Virus record (IMG/VR): IMGVR_UViG_3300022935_000005
Location: 216,914-280,913 of that record
DNA: 64,000 bases
Strand: one strand, 5' to 3'
Shown here: positions 29,411-40,888 of the stretch, piece by piece
Layout: each line of letters begins with the position of its first letter
Numbering within the stretch: the stretch's first letter is position 1
The notes under the pieces: generated by a model
Told to the model about the DNA's origin: nothing
Seen by the model: only the letters and a program-made list of their open reading frames with translations
The model's database searches: none
Position numbers and translations under genes: made by a program

Positions 29411-30369
29411 CTGCTGACCACGTAGCCGACTTCAACTAGAGCACCGCCACTGGGTATGACTGTGAAAAGCACAGTGTTAGTTGCGACGTCGAACGTCCAA
29501 TCAAGATATTCTGACCCGTCGACAAATACTCTTATTGTCTGTTCTATCGGAGTGTATGACAACGTGATGGATTCATAGGGTTCTATTTGATCGGTCGCCG
29601 CACTGACTCCGGGGGTCCAGTCTTCAGAACATATATCAACGATCGTACCGAACATCAGGTTAGTTGCATCCATGTATCGTACACCAACGTCTGAGCTCCC
29701 TACGGGAACCTCACACACTGACTGGTCTTCTTCTTGCATAACAATGCTTGCAAGAAAAACGTTCCCGAACCGTCTAGAGGTATACCACATCACAAACTCA
29801 TTAGCTGTAGCGAATGTAGTGCTTTGATCATCTTCATCGCTAACGAAAACAACGAGAAGCGCAGCATCATGTCTCATCCAAGACGCAGCGTATGGATTAT
29901 ATTGCATATAGTGATATAACGCGTCAAAACCCTCTTCGTCAGCTCCCGTGCCCATCGCCGCGTACATGTCCTCTGCGTCAGTTATTGTATCACCCGGTAC
30001 CAGAGGGAACTGCTGTTCCACCTCTGCTTCTTCCGGGTCTGTTGGTATCATTATCAACCGCCAACCAGTTGGGGGTAAAGATAGCATCATTTGCTCAATG
30101 CCTACCAACAATCGATCTTGGAATTGCTGCATTGATCCGCTAGTATCAATAACCCATATGATATCGACACCATCGACAGCAGAAACCTGTACAAATGAAT
30201 CAATCCAAATGTCTGCTTCCTCGATCGGTGTCTCGACTTCGACTGGCACTTCGACGACGACTTCGACTTCGACTGGTACTTCAACAACTTTTTCGTATAC
30301 TAGAGTCTGATCAGAGCCACAGCCGGCGAGCAGTGATATTGATAGGATGATGTGTGGGAAGAGCTTCAT
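29407..30369 (-). CDS. Lipoprotein with VWA domain (myxobacterial type)
   Basis: Lipobox LLAGC; VEVPVEV repeats; DIIWVIDTSGSM, LVVFVSDEDDQS. Confidence 0.8.
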   Translation of the reverse strand: MKLFPHIILSISLLAGCGSDQTLVYEKVVEVPVEVEVVVEVPVEVETPIEEADIWIDSFVQVSAVDGVDIIWVIDTSGSMQQFQDRLLVGIEQMMLSLPPTGWRLIMIPTDPEEAEVEQQFPLVPGDTITDAEDMYAAMGTGADEEGFDALYHYMQYNPYAASWMRHDAALLVVFVSDEDDQSTTFATANEFVMWYTSRRFGNVFLASIVMQEEDQSVCEVPVGSSDVGVRYMDATNLMFGTIVDICSEDWTPGVSAATDQIEPYESITLSYTPIEQTIRVFVDGSEYLDWTFDVATNTVLFTVIPSGGALVEVGYVVSS

Positions 30370-30461
30370 TGTGGTCCCTTATTTGTAACTATACAGAAGA
30401 GAGCTATTTGTGTTTACCTAACACTCAAAGGCGTATATTTATATCTGCAAGGAGTTTGACT

Positions 30462-30851
30462 ATGAAAATAACAGAAAGCAACATCAGAAAGATAATCAGA
30501 GAAGAGCTCTCCTCACTTATGGAGCAGGACGAGGCGAAGCCAAAGAAGCTCGATGATCTTGACTTTAAGTCTGATGACCGAATGGAGTATGAGAGATGGG
30601 CTCGTTCTGCTGGTCACGTTTCTCCTGAAGTCCAATCAACTCTAGTTTCGTATTTCTTAAACCAAAATCTACAGAATGCTCATGACTTGCACCAGAGGCT
30701 CTGTGACGAACTCGGTTTAGACCATGATGCAGTGATGGCGGCTATGGAAAACCGACTAGAAAAAGAAGAAGATCCAGCTGCAGAGGAATCTGCTCGAGAG
30801 CTCGATCTAGCACGCGTCGCAGAAGCAGTATCTGCAATCTCTAAGCTGTAA
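30462..30851 (+). CDS. MKITK-leader protein, dispersed member
   Basis: MKITESNIRKIIREELSSLME; ATATTTA at 30435 and AGGAG RBS. Confidence 0.75.
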   Translation: MKITESNIRKIIREELSSLMEQDEAKPKKLDDLDFKSDDRMEYERWARSAGHVSPEVQSTLVSYFLNQNLQNAHDLHQRLCDELGLDHDAVMAAMENRLEKEEDPAAEESARELDLARVAEAVSAISKL

Positions 30852-31748
30852 CATCTCATCAGGTTCCTGAAGAAAGAATACTTATAGAGTAAGGAACTGG
30901 AGATAGCGATGAAAATTGAAGAGCTTGCGCCCGGAATGCTACTCAAGCCGATCCCGGGTTATGTCTGGGTAGAAATACCGTGGAAGGGCAGCTCTGGTAA
31001 AGTGGTCGGGTCGTACATCAAGGTTTGTACCGATAGGTATAACCCTGCTCCAGAAGAGATGGTTCGTTGCGAAAGAGTCTTGTACCTCGGAGATTCAAGC
31101 TTAACAGGTGTTATGCCCACTCCCGGTAAGCAGGTAGTCCTTGCATGGGGATCAAAAATGACGATCGATCCGACGAGCTGGCGTTTCATCTGTCAAGTTA
31201 CCTAAAATTGTACATTGATTGTACAGAAGCATATTTCCCTATAGAATAAATGGTGTACAGTATTACTCGGTGGGAAATATTACTCAGATGAAGAATATAG
31301 ACATTAAACTTAGCTCTGGTGAAGGCGCGATAGTGTTTCGCGGTGAAGGAGTGGAGTTCTATTATCCAGATGGCGGGCCCATCGATCTTCGAGAAACGTT
31401 TGAGTTTTTAACTTTCGCGCTTATGAAGCACGAGTGGTTAGCTGAGTGGTACGAGTATCTCGCATCTGCCGAAGCGCTTAGAGACCTTGCTGGTGAAAAT
31501 GATAAGCCGCATCTTAGGTTGATAGTTGGAGGAAAATCAGACGATGAAATTGAGTCATAGCACACAGAGAGCTATCGTTCTTGCTACTTTTGTAGCTGGA
31601 CTTTTAGTTATACTATACCCATTCTTAGAAGGTGTCGTCCTCGCTCCTTCTTCACAAGAGTTTCTTGCAAAACCAACGCAAGCTCCTGAAGAAAACCCAG
31701 CCTTCACCCCATTATATCCTGAGGGCTCTGGAGAGAGGGTTCCAGCAA

Positions 31749-32261
31749 TTGGAAAACAGTAACATCAAGATTGCTTTTTATAAAGGGAGCCACGACAGTC
31801 GTCTTCATCAGTTCATAAAGTGGTACACGAAAAGCAAATACAGCCACGCTGAGTTGGTACTACCTGATGGGAAAACGTGGGTCAGTATTAGTCCTTTCCT
31901 TTCATCTACGGTAGAGACCAGGATCGTCGATCATCCAAACCCAGAAAATTGGGACTACCTGACTCTTAAGTTACACTGGCGCGAGCCTGTGAGGAAATAC
32001 CAGCTTGAACAATTAGGGAAGTTCATAGGAATGACCGAAGGTTCTGGGTATGACTGGGTTGGAATGATTCTTTCTCAGCTTTGTCCGTTTGTAATAAAGC
32101 ACAAAAAGAAGTGGTATTGCTCAGAGTGGATTGCATATGCATTGGTACATTCTAGGATCGTGATGTGGGACGATATAAAGCTATATAGGACACCTGATCT
32201 TCACCCTGGAAAGCTGTATAACATCCTGAGTAGTATTGACGAAAATGCGATGTACAAATAG
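31749..32261 (+). CDS. Permuted papain-like amidase (YaeF/YiiX-like)
   Basis: SKYSHAELV (His before Cys), YDWVG, KWYCSEWIA; start position uncertain. Confidence 0.7.
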   Translation: MENSNIKIAFYKGSHDSRLHQFIKWYTKSKYSHAELVLPDGKTWVSISPFLSSTVETRIVDHPNPENWDYLTLKLHWREPVRKYQLEQLGKFIGMTEGSGYDWVGMILSQLCPFVIKHKKKWYCSEWIAYALVHSRIVMWDDIKLYRTPDLHPGKLYNILSSIDENAMYK

Positions 32262-32337
32262 ACAGCTTTTCTTATATTGACACATCAAATAATTTAGCGA
32301 CTCAGGAACACGCTAACGAAGTCAAGGAGATGAAATA

Positions 32338-32775
32338 ATGAGTCAAGTTGTAGAGAATGGTAACACGATTGCCGTAAATTATGTTGGTACCCTCGAGGAC
32401 GGTTCAGAGTTTGATAACTCATATGAGCGTGGAGAGCCGATCGGCTTTGAAGTCGGGGGAGCGCAGGTGATCAAAGGTTTCAGCAATGCCGTCTTGGGTA
32501 TGCAGGTCGGTGAGAAGAAATCTGTTACCATTGCACCTGAAGACGCCTACGGTGAACGTCAACTTGAGGCAGTACAAGTATTTCCTCGTGAAGCTTTTCC
32601 TGAAGATATGGAGCTAGCTCCAGGGATGCAAGTTACCGGGGCTGGACCCGAGGGGCAAGAGTTCCCTGCAATTGTTACAGCTATCGCATTCAATGGTGTT
32701 ATTCTTGATATGAACCACCCTCTTGCTGGTAGAACCTTAAACTTCGATATCGAAGTTGTAAGTATTGAGCAGTAA
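32338..32775 (+). CDS. FKBP-type peptidyl-prolyl isomerase (SlyD-like, no metal tail)
   Basis: VNYVGTLEDGSEFDNS, GEKKSVTIAPEDAYG, DMNHPLAGRTLNFDIEV. Confidence 0.93.
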   Translation: MSQVVENGNTIAVNYVGTLEDGSEFDNSYERGEPIGFEVGGAQVIKGFSNAVLGMQVGEKKSVTIAPEDAYGERQLEAVQVFPREAFPEDMELAPGMQVTGAGPEGQEFPAIVTAIAFNGVILDMNHPLAGRTLNFDIEVVSIEQ

Positions 32776-32864
32776 ACTTGTACAATCAGAAGTGCTCTGA
32801 TAATATCTGATGGATTCACAGGTTGTGAACATCTTTATTGTTTAAAAAGAAAGGAGGAAAATCA

Positions 32865-33218
32865 ATGAAGAACATTATTTTGACGCTGCTCGCCGGAGTT
32901 GCTATCTATGGTTTTGGTGGATTCATGGTCGGTTGCGGTGATGGTGAAGATGAGACTGTAGAGACTGGAACTGAAGCAGAGACTGATGCTGGAACTGAAG
33001 CAGAAGCAGAAGCAGAAGCTGGAACTGAAGCAGAAGCTGGAACTGAAGCAGAAGCTGGAACTGAAGCAGAAGCTGGAACTGAAGCAGAAGCTGGAACTGA
33101 AGCAGAAGCTGGATCTGAGACTGAGACTGATGCTGGAGCGGAAGCTGGGGCTGGGGCAGACGCCGGCGTTGAAGAAGACGAAGATGCAGGCGCCGACCCT
33201 GAAGAATCTCAGGACTAA
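32865..33218 (+). CDS. Acidic low-complexity lipoprotein with (AGTEAE)n repeats
   Basis: Signal ending VGC, AGGAGG RBS, E/A/G/T-rich body. Confidence 0.7.
   Translation: MKNIILTLLAGVAIYGFGGFMVGCGDGEDETVETGTEAETDAGTEAEAEAEAGTEAEAGTEAEAGTEAEAGTEAEAGTEAEAGSETETDAGAEAGAGADAGVEEDEDAGADPEESQD
32988..33107 (+). repeat. 18-bp coding tandem repeat GCTGGAACTGAAGCAGAA
   Basis: Five perfect tandem units at 33018-33107 plus one at 32988-33005. Confidence 0.95.
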
Positions 33219-33303
33219 TAAAACAAGCCGCAGGAAGGCACGGGCTGAAATGGTTTCGATAGGTGCCTAAACCCATTAACACACACACACAAAGGAGAAA
33301 AAA

Positions 33304-33507
33304 ATGGGTAAAGAAAATAAGAGTGGTTACGAACTACGCACTGAATTGCTTGGTATGGCAATTGGAATTGTTGACCAGAAGACACAACGTCTTTTTGAAA
33401 ATGAGCATCTCAAGCCAGAAGGTACGAGATCTCCGGTTTCACCATTCACAACTGAGGACGTAATTGCTGAGGCTGAGAAGCTTTACAATTTTGTTCAGCA
33501 GAAGTAG
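33304..33507 (+). CDS. Small phage-type hypothetical protein
   Basis: YELRTELLGMA...P..TEDVIAEAEKLYNFV. Confidence 0.6.
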   Translation: MGKENKSGYELRTELLGMAIGIVDQKTQRLFENEHLKPEGTRSPVSPFTTEDVIAEAEKLYNFVQQK

Positions 33508-33529
33508 CCGTGAATAGCTAGTTCTACTT

Positions 33530-33562
33530 GAGGGGGAAGTTAATTCTTCCCCCTCTTTTTTT
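33530..33562 (+). terminator. Rho-independent terminator
   Basis: GAGGGGGAAG-TTAATT-CTTCCCCCTC followed by T7. Confidence 0.9.
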
Positions 33563-33937
33563 GTTCGGAGGTTCACATGATAACTTTTCTGTTATTCTGT
33601 TTCGGTTTCACCGTCGGAACACTATTTGGCATGGCACTAGCCAAAGTCAGGTTTAGTATGATGTCATGGGAACTCTTAAAGTGGCATCCTGAATCCCTTG
33701 GTTATAGGATCGTCCCAGGTCCCAAGCCCAAAATTAAGAGGGGCGAAAGAGCTTATCTTGCTCTTCCTCTCGATACGTCAGGCCTCAGTCCGGGAGAAGA
33801 AATCGTCGTAAAGAGGCCTGAGTAAATTTCTTTGTACAAACTGATTTTTATGATTATTTATTATACAGATGGCAGGAACGCCATAACGGGTTCTTGACAT
33901 CTAGCAGTAACTCGCTTGAATAAAAAGGAGGTAAGCA

Positions 33938-34378
33938 ATGAACACTGCACTTACTCGACGTACAAACGTCTCATTCCCAAGTCTTCTTGGACGTTCCGTA
34001 TTTGATGATGTATTTGATACATTCTTCAATGATATGCCGACCCATGTAAAACAATCTACGCAGGGTTACCCGGTAGCTGATATCTACAGCGACGCGGATG
34101 GAAATACGGTCATGGAGTTTGCGCTGGCTGGATTCTCTAAGGAGAACCTCACCATTGAAGTGAAGCCAGAAGAACGCACTCTGACTGTTGCCGCTAACAC
34201 CGACGAAGGTGGTGTAAGTGAGCGCCGCATCGCTCGTCGTAGTTTCAGTAAGACGTATGTCAATTATGACGACAACCTCGACCTCGCACAGGCGAAGGCC
34301 CGATTTGAGAATGGACTTCTCTCTATCACAGTGCCGCGCCGACCTGAGGTAGCGCCTGTCGCAATTGATATCGCTTGA
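33938..34378 (+). CDS. Small heat-shock protein (Hsp20/IbpA family)
   Basis: YPVADI, EFALAGFSK, RRIARRSFSKT, ARFENGLLSITVP. Confidence 0.92.
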   Translation: MNTALTRRTNVSFPSLLGRSVFDDVFDTFFNDMPTHVKQSTQGYPVADIYSDADGNTVMEFALAGFSKENLTIEVKPEERTLTVAANTDEGGVSERRIARRSFSKTYVNYDDNLDLAQAKARFENGLLSITVPRRPEVAPVAIDIA

Positions 34379-34400
34379 TCCGACGGTCAGCTATTCGGGT

Positions 34401-34433
34401 GGGGGAGAAGGTTTCGGCCTTCTCCCCCTTTTT
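34401..34433 (+). terminator. Rho-independent terminator
   Basis: GGGGGAGAAGG-TTTCGG-CCTTCTCCCCC followed by T5. Confidence 0.9.
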
Positions 34434-34481
34434 CATTTGTAAACTTAGATTCGTCCGTTAGAATCATCTTAGGAGAGTAGT

Positions 34482-34793
34482 ATGTCACAGGACACTATCT
34501 GGTGGGTTTATGTTGTAGAATGCAGTGATAATAGTCTCTACACAGGGACGACCACAGATGTACAACGGAGGGTAAAAGAACACAACTCTCGAAGCCAGGG
34601 AGCAAAGTACACACGTTCTAGACGCCCGGTGAGGCTGAAAGTCTGTTTTCCTTGTGCTGATAGATCACAAGCACTGAAGGAAGAGTATAAGTTCAAGCAG
34701 CTCTCTAGAGAAAAGAAACTCCGATTTATTGAAGAGTACTGTGGCACGTGCCGACAGATGCCGTGTGACTGTAACGTTATGTTTGGGTTTTAA
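34482..34793 (+). CDS. GIY-YIG nuclease (UPF0213-like)
   Basis: WVYVVEC.DNSLYTGTTTDVQRR..EHN, GAKYTRSRRP, AL.EE. Confidence 0.88.
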   Translation: MSQDTIWWVYVVECSDNSLYTGTTTDVQRRVKEHNSRSQGAKYTRSRRPVRLKVCFPCADRSQALKEEYKFKQLSREKKLRFIEEYCGTCRQMPCDCNVMFGF

Positions 34794-34794
34794 G

Positions 34795-35250
34795 ATGGAA
34801 ATATCGAAGAGTTTAAGGATACGTATTCCGAATGTTATAACACACCAAGAAGCGAATCATTTGGTATCAACAGCTCGAAGAGACTGGAACATCACCTTCT
34901 TAGAGTCGACTCCGCCCGTCGTCAACCGGGTGTTAGATAGCTTGAGAGAACACTTTGAGTTTGAGCTAACTGACAATTCATACTGGCGTTTACAGGACAC
35001 TCCAGAAGCTGGAGTGTGGTGGCATAAGGATGTTGGAAGTCATGGGCACATGTCATGGTGTAAGTTCGGTGTTAGCGTTCTTCTCACCGAAGAATGTGGA
35101 GGTCGATTTAAGTACCGAAAAGACGGGATCGAGGAAACTATAAATGATCGCGAAACTTTTGATGCTCTTGTCCACTCGAGTGACTGGGAACACATGGTAG
35201 AAGCTCCTGACCCAGGCGCAACCAGAACGGTGTTACTATTTTTCATCTAG
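34795..35250 (+). CDS. Hypothetical protein, possible 2OG-Fe(II) oxygenase-like fold
   Basis: WHKD, CGG.F.Y, H.V...R.VLL pattern. Confidence 0.35.
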   Translation: MEISKSLRIRIPNVITHQEANHLVSTARRDWNITFLESTPPVVNRVLDSLREHFEFELTDNSYWRLQDTPEAGVWWHKDVGSHGHMSWCKFGVSVLLTEECGGRFKYRKDGIEETINDRETFDALVHSSDWEHMVEAPDPGATRTVLLFFI

Positions 35251-35464
35251 AGCCTGGCGATCTCGTATTAAGCCTCACTCATGACGAGGCTGGAGTTGTT
35301 GTGTCACCGCCACGTAAGAGGTTCATGGTCGGCTATGTTGTAGAAGTGCTAATCTCTGGTCAGATCGAAACTCTCGTGCTAGAGAGAGTTGAGCTTCTTG
35401 AAAAAAATGCAACGAAATAATACAAAGACTTACATCATGCGGCGTGATCTATTTGCTGGTTGAC

Positions 35465-35498
35465 AATCGTGCAAAAGAGGTGCTTACTTTGTTATAAT
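35465..35498 (+). promoter_or_regulatory. Repeated promoter copy
   Basis: AATCGTGCAA-N18-TATAAT. Confidence 0.75.
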
Positions 35499-35549
35499 GG
35501 TAACATAGGAAATGAGGGAATCAACTCTCATGTAGACAAGGAAGACCGC

Positions 35550-35828
35550 ATGTCTGATAACCGTCCAATACTGCAGATGCCACCAGCAATCTTTAAAAGC
35601 ACCGTAAGTGGAAAGACGTATATCGTCGGTGGCCGCTGGGTCGAAGTTCCTGAGGGCACTCGCTTGGAAGATGCTCACAAGTACGTAAACTACGTAAAGC
35701 CTGTGTATGAAACAAAGACGTGGCAGGTCCGCCAGTATACAGTCAGAAAGACTAGCCACGGTCTAACATGCAGCTGTCCTGGATTCAGGTGGCACAGAAA
35801 GTGTAAGCACCTCAAGGAAGCAGCATAA
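35550..35828 (+). CDS. SWIM zinc-finger protein
   Basis: TCSCPGFRWHRKCKH. Confidence 0.75.
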   Translation: MSDNRPILQMPPAIFKSTVSGKTYIVGGRWVEVPEGTRLEDAHKYVNYVKPVYETKTWQVRQYTVRKTSHGLTCSCPGFRWHRKCKHLKEAA

Positions 35829-35850
35829 AAAAATGTCGTCAGAGCTTGAC

Positions 35851-35884
35851 AATCGTGCAAAAGCTGGTTTGACTGTGGTATTAT
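35851..35884 (+). promoter_or_regulatory. Repeated promoter copy
   Basis: AATCGTGCAA-N18-TATTAT. Confidence 0.75.
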
Positions 35885-35933
35885 ATAAATGAAGGTGGGG
35901 AAGGAATAAAGACCCCCACTAAGGAGAGACACC

Positions 35934-38482
35934 ATGCTAGCAAAGCCCAAACTTTTCGGACCCCTCATTGGCGACCGCGTTCGGTCCTTTGACTTCCACG
36001 GCAACAAGGATCTTGATGGCGAACGAGCCTGCTACATGGAAGGCCAGATCACTGGGCTCGAGCAGATTGAGGGTTGCTGGCGGTACAAAATTGAGGTCCG
36101 CAAGTCGATTTTTGGGGGAATGGAAGTGAGTGACTTTCCATCGGTCATCTTTCCACCGGTCAACGGAACTCCTCGATTGTTCGGTGGAGAATGCAACGGC
36201 GTGGAGGTCATCTAATGAATGCTGTAACAGTTCCAGCCACAAAGAGGAATCTTCCTTCTTGGCGTACGATTGCCAACGCCTATCGCGATGGCCTGAAACA
36301 GGTCTTCGGATGCGGTTGTGATGACGTCGATGACTATCTCATCAAGGCGCTGAAGAGTGATGTCCACAAGGCAGACAGAGCCCCGGGACAGTGGTCGCCC
36401 AACTCGATCCTCGAAATCTACTGCGAGAACGGAATCCCTAACGCGACTGACATTAACGAGTTCCGTTGGGAAGGGAAGTGGCACTGCTCTTACAACAGTG
36501 AGAAGTGGTGCAAAGTCGATGATTATGTTAATCAGACACTAGCGCTCAAAGGGTATCGTGAGCGTGTTTATCACGAACCCTACAACAGCGCAGTTGTCAA
36601 CATTGGGTGGAGCTGAAAATGCTGGTACAACGTCGTTCAATCCTTACTGGTGTGGTCCGGGCTCGCGAGCTGGACATTACAGAAGAGCAGCTCAACGCTT
36701 GGCAGAATGGTGCTCTGATTCAGGATGTCATGCCGAATCTCTCGGTTTCTGACCGGGAGTTTCTCATCAACGGCGTCACTGATGAAGAGTGGGCTGCAAC
36801 CTTCGGAGATGATGCATGAAGATTGGTGATCTGGTGAAGATGTCTGGAGGGGATGATCCAGGCGTGGGCTTGATACTAGAAGAACCGGTGCCTTGTGGGC
36901 CTCATGGCAACCGTGAACGTGTCAAGCTTCTGTGGCTCGACTGTGATGAAGTTTGTTTTGAACGCGTAGACTGGCTGGAGATCGTTAATGAAAGTCGGTG
37001 ATGTGATAAAGCTCAAAGGGTCTTTCAAAGAAACCCGGGTTGGTGTGTTGGTTAGTGAGACAAAGGGAAACTGGAACGGCTGGTGGAATATTCTGGACTC
37101 TGACGGCTTGATGGTGATGTGGCCCGAGACGATGATCGAGGTGCTTAATGCAGATCGGTGACTTGGTGACGGTGGAAAAGAAGGTTGGGATTGTAGATGA
37201 AGGTATTATCGTCGGCATCGAGAACTCCGGTAACTGCTTCAAGGCTTTTGAAGTGCTCTGTTTTGGAACAGGAAAGGTCTGTTCCGCCCACCCCCTTGAC
37301 GTAAAGAAGATGACAGGAGAAAAAAAATGACTCGTAAAGATTTTGCAGATGCGCTCCGGCGACACGACTGGTATTACGCTTACAGCGATGACCACCGCTA
37401 CTGGACCCGCGGACGAGATGAGGCCGCAGCTCTTAACGCAAGCCACTCTGCGCTTGAGTGCCCTTTTGACATGGCTACTCTACGTAAGTGGGCTCATGAT
37501 ATGGTCGTTGACCACTTCGCTGAGGAGGAACCCGGCAATTGGTATCGCCAACCACGATTGTACAAGTGCGTTGCCCCAACTCCCCGCGCCGATTTGATCA
37601 CGAACGAAGAACACAACAACATTTCACGATGGATGGAAGAATAAATGACTGAGAATGAACTTGATCGTCTACTAGCGATGCTGAACCCCGCATGTGATGA
37701 TACCACAGTAGAGTTCGTAAAAGAGCGATTGATCAATGCAGGAGCTGTTAGGCGCCCACGCTCGATGAGTGAAGCGCAGACAATCAATCCTTTTGAAAGA
37801 CCGCCTGCAAACGATCCAGTGGAGTGGTAATGGCCCGTACGATTCGAATGTCTGCTCAAGACCGAGCAGATCTGCAAAAGATCTTGGATGAAGGGAAGAA
37901 CCCAGTTGGTGGAGGATCGTGCAGGATCTCCGCCACGAAGCTTGTCAGGAACAACGGCATTCTGTTCGTCGATGGCGAACGCCAAGAGTCCGTGGGACTA
38001 CGAGAAGCAAAGTACGCTGTCGACAAGATGCTAATTGACCAAAATCACCCATCAGCACCAAGAGAATCTCCGCCTACGCAAGTGAGTATTTTCCCGATGC
38101 TGCAGATCAAAAGCATCACTGTCGATACCGGAGCTGGTTGCGTCGAGCTAGATATTGACGGCTTGCAACTTAAGCTACTCGAGGGGATGGATACTATCCC
38201 GCTTGATATTCTTGCACCATCTACTCAGCTGATTCAATACATTCGAGATTGGCATGAGGGTAAAGTGTAAAAGGAGTTGTAATGCGTAACATGAGGTCAG
38301 AGTACTATGAAGGTCTAGCAGCCGTTGTTTTCATGGTTGCAGCTTGTATTGTCTGGTATTTCGCATATGTCAAACCGAACGATGAAGCGCGCGGAGAGAT
38401 TGTAAAGTGTATGCGTGCAACGGACGACATGAGCTTCGAGAACTGGCAAAAGTGTAGTAAAGAGCTTGATGCTCTTAGATAA
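35934..38482 (+). CDS. Operon of about 10 small hypothetical ORFs, including three KxGD barrel-like ORFs (36816-37001, 36988-37161, 37148-37330)
   Basis: Contiguous coupled ORFs 35934, 36215, 36607, 36816, 36988, 37148, 37327, 37645, 37824, 38282. Confidence 0.6.
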
Positions 38483-38514
38483 TCGTGCAAGAGGCCTCCC
38501 TCCTTTGATATAAT
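38481..38514 (+). promoter_or_regulatory. Repeated promoter copy
   Basis: AATCGTGCAA-N18-TATAAT. Confidence 0.75.
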
Positions 38515-38875
38515 AGTAATATAGAGAGGAGGTCGCTAGTGTTAGAGTTCTTATTCTTTTTCTTCCTTATAGCCTGGCTTTTCGGTGCCAAGTTTTGGGA
38601 TCTCTTTAAGCTCTTTCTTTTCGGGTCAGCAGCGTATATGCTTATTTGTCTGCTGTGGCTTCTTTTCTTGTATTTGTTTTCTTCGTGGGTCTTCCACTTA
38701 ATTTTCTAAAGGAGCGACAATTGCTATACAATAATCCAATCTACAGAGATACAGTAACCAAGTTGGCGTTCGCCAGTGCGTTCACGACCATGCTAGTTTT
38801 GTGTACACACTTAGTGCTATACCTCGGTAATCTGTAAACCCCGCGAAAACAAATAAAATAAATCAGGAGGTTCAT

Positions 38876-39814
38876 ATGTCATCAGTCAACCTTGGATATG
38901 CGTGTATCAACATGACGCTCCAGAAATCTCGCAAAGTTCAGTGCAATCGTGGCATGATCAAACGCACGTTTGCAGCAAAAGGCATCTCGTATGCTAGCGA
39001 GCTAGCTCTGAAGAATGTTACAGATCTTCGTGAAGTCATAAAGTGGAACAACGAAAACGGTGTCAGCGTTTATCGTATGACATCGTGCTTGTTTCCGTGG
39101 TTCTCAGAATATGACATGTTCGATCTTCCAGACATTGATAAGATCGCAGAGGTTATGGCAGACGCTGGTAAGATCGCTATGGATGCCGGACAGCGGCTAA
39201 GCTTCCATCCTGGCCCCTTCAACTGTCTGGCTTCACCAAGCGAAAGTGTAGTTCTTAAGACCATCAAAGAGCTTAATGATCATGCCGCGCAGATGGACCT
39301 CATGGGTCTACCAGCCTCCCCCATGGCTAAGATTAATATCCATGTTGGTGGAGCATATGGTGAGCATGACAAAGCACTGGAGAGGTTCTGTAAGAACTTC
39401 GAACGTCTTGGTGAAACTACTCGAGCTCGGCTGACTGTGGAAAATGACGACAAGCCCGCCTTATATTCTACCAAGATGCTGGTTGAAGGTGTCTCGAATC
39501 GAGTTGGGGCTCCAGTAGTCTTCGACTCTCATCACCATGAGCTAGGCCCGCAGGATTTGGATTACCACGATGCGTTCCATCTTGCTCGTGAAACTTGGGA
39601 AAAGCGCAGTGCCAAGCAGCAGTGTCACCATTCAAACTCTCGTAAGAACTACGAAGACCCTACCGCGAACGCAGTAGCGCACTCTGACTGGTACTATACT
39701 CCTTTCGAGAGCTTTGGTAAGCAGGTAGATGTTGTTCTAGAATGTAAGAAGAAAGAAGTTGCTCTATTCAAATACAGGAATGATTTCGTCGACAGTCTTC
39801 AAAAGGTGGCATAA
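38876..39814 (+). CDS. uvsE: UV DNA damage endonuclease
   Basis: LGYACIN, YRMTS.LFP, RLSFHPGPF.CLASP, INIHVGG, LTVENDDK, VFDSHHH, HSD. Confidence 0.92.
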   Translation: MSSVNLGYACINMTLQKSRKVQCNRGMIKRTFAAKGISYASELALKNVTDLREVIKWNNENGVSVYRMTSCLFPWFSEYDMFDLPDIDKIAEVMADAGKIAMDAGQRLSFHPGPFNCLASPSESVVLKTIKELNDHAAQMDLMGLPASPMAKINIHVGGAYGEHDKALERFCKNFERLGETTRARLTVENDDKPALYSTKMLVEGVSNRVGAPVVFDSHHHELGPQDLDYHDAFHLARETWEKRSAKQQCHHSNSRKNYEDPTANAVAHSDWYYTPFESFGKQVDVVLECKKKEVALFKYRNDFVDSLQKVA

Positions 39815-40888
39815 ATGAAAGATGTAAGGATAACAGATAAGTTTAGCGAGCTCAATATCAGAATGTGTGAAAAACATTTTCGGTCCTATAGAGTCCATAT
39901 GATGAATGCAGCAGCTGGTGGTACTAGCTACAGTTTCCAATCCACATCTGGTAGGGGCTGTGATATCTGTAAAAAGGAGAGAAGTAATGAATAGTAGAAC
40001 GCTTAAGCGAAATAAAGAGCGAGCACAAAAGAAACTGGCAAAGAAAGCCATGAAGAATGTATCGAAAGCTCTAGAACGGATGCCTCAGAGGTGTGATGAG
40101 TGCTCGACTGTCTTCGACCGCGAAAATAAAGAATCCCTTGAGTGGCGCATCGCTGTATACGACGATGGAAGGGTTCACCTTGTATGCCCAAGCTGTGTAC
40201 CTGATGATGTAAAGAACCAACAGTGATCTAGCGCTCCTCACCATATATTTAATTGTATGCGCCAAGGAGAAGCAAATGGTTACAGCTGTTATCATACTGA
40301 TCATCGGTACGCTATTTTGCATCTTGGCTCTTGTACTATATGGAGCCCGACAAGATTCAGAAGCTAGTCTTGACGTCAGGTTGAGGAAAGCTTTAGGGAA
40401 CCATGAGATCATAGGTCTTGTGATGAGACTGTCTGACGCGAGGGTCCGAATGAGGTCCCATGAAAAAAGAGACATAGCGAGATATAATCTTTTGAGAGCA
40501 CGTCTAAAAGAGAAAGTATCAGATCAAGATGTGCTAGATGTGTTACACAAGATTGTTGAAAGAATAAGCAACAAGAAATGAGTGATGACAAAAAAATAGA
40601 GGCAGGATACTTCTCCAAAGACCCATGGATGTTAGGGTTTATCAGCGACTGTCTCGACATATATGGTTGTCCTACAGACGAATCTGTATGCGTTAGCAGA
40701 GAGGAAGAGATCTGGTTCATGTATTCTTCCATGTTTCTCATGGGTGCAATAGAGAACATGCCAGAAGAACGGCTGGAAGAGTTAAGGCAGCTCAGTACCA
40801 GGGATGCTGCGTACCTGTATGCAAAGTTCTATGAAACTATGTACAGTGAACCGCTTGTGATGCCTTTCGCAGGCAAGGAGGAACCACA

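Noticed and set aside
32988-33107. Direct repeats as a possible CRISPR array
   Set aside because: The units are contiguous 18-mers with no spacers and encode a peptide repeat.
33870-33937. CIRCE or ROSE element upstream of Hsp20
   Set aside because: No TTAGCACTC-N9-GAGTGCTAA, and the hairpin does not sequester the AGGAGG RBS.
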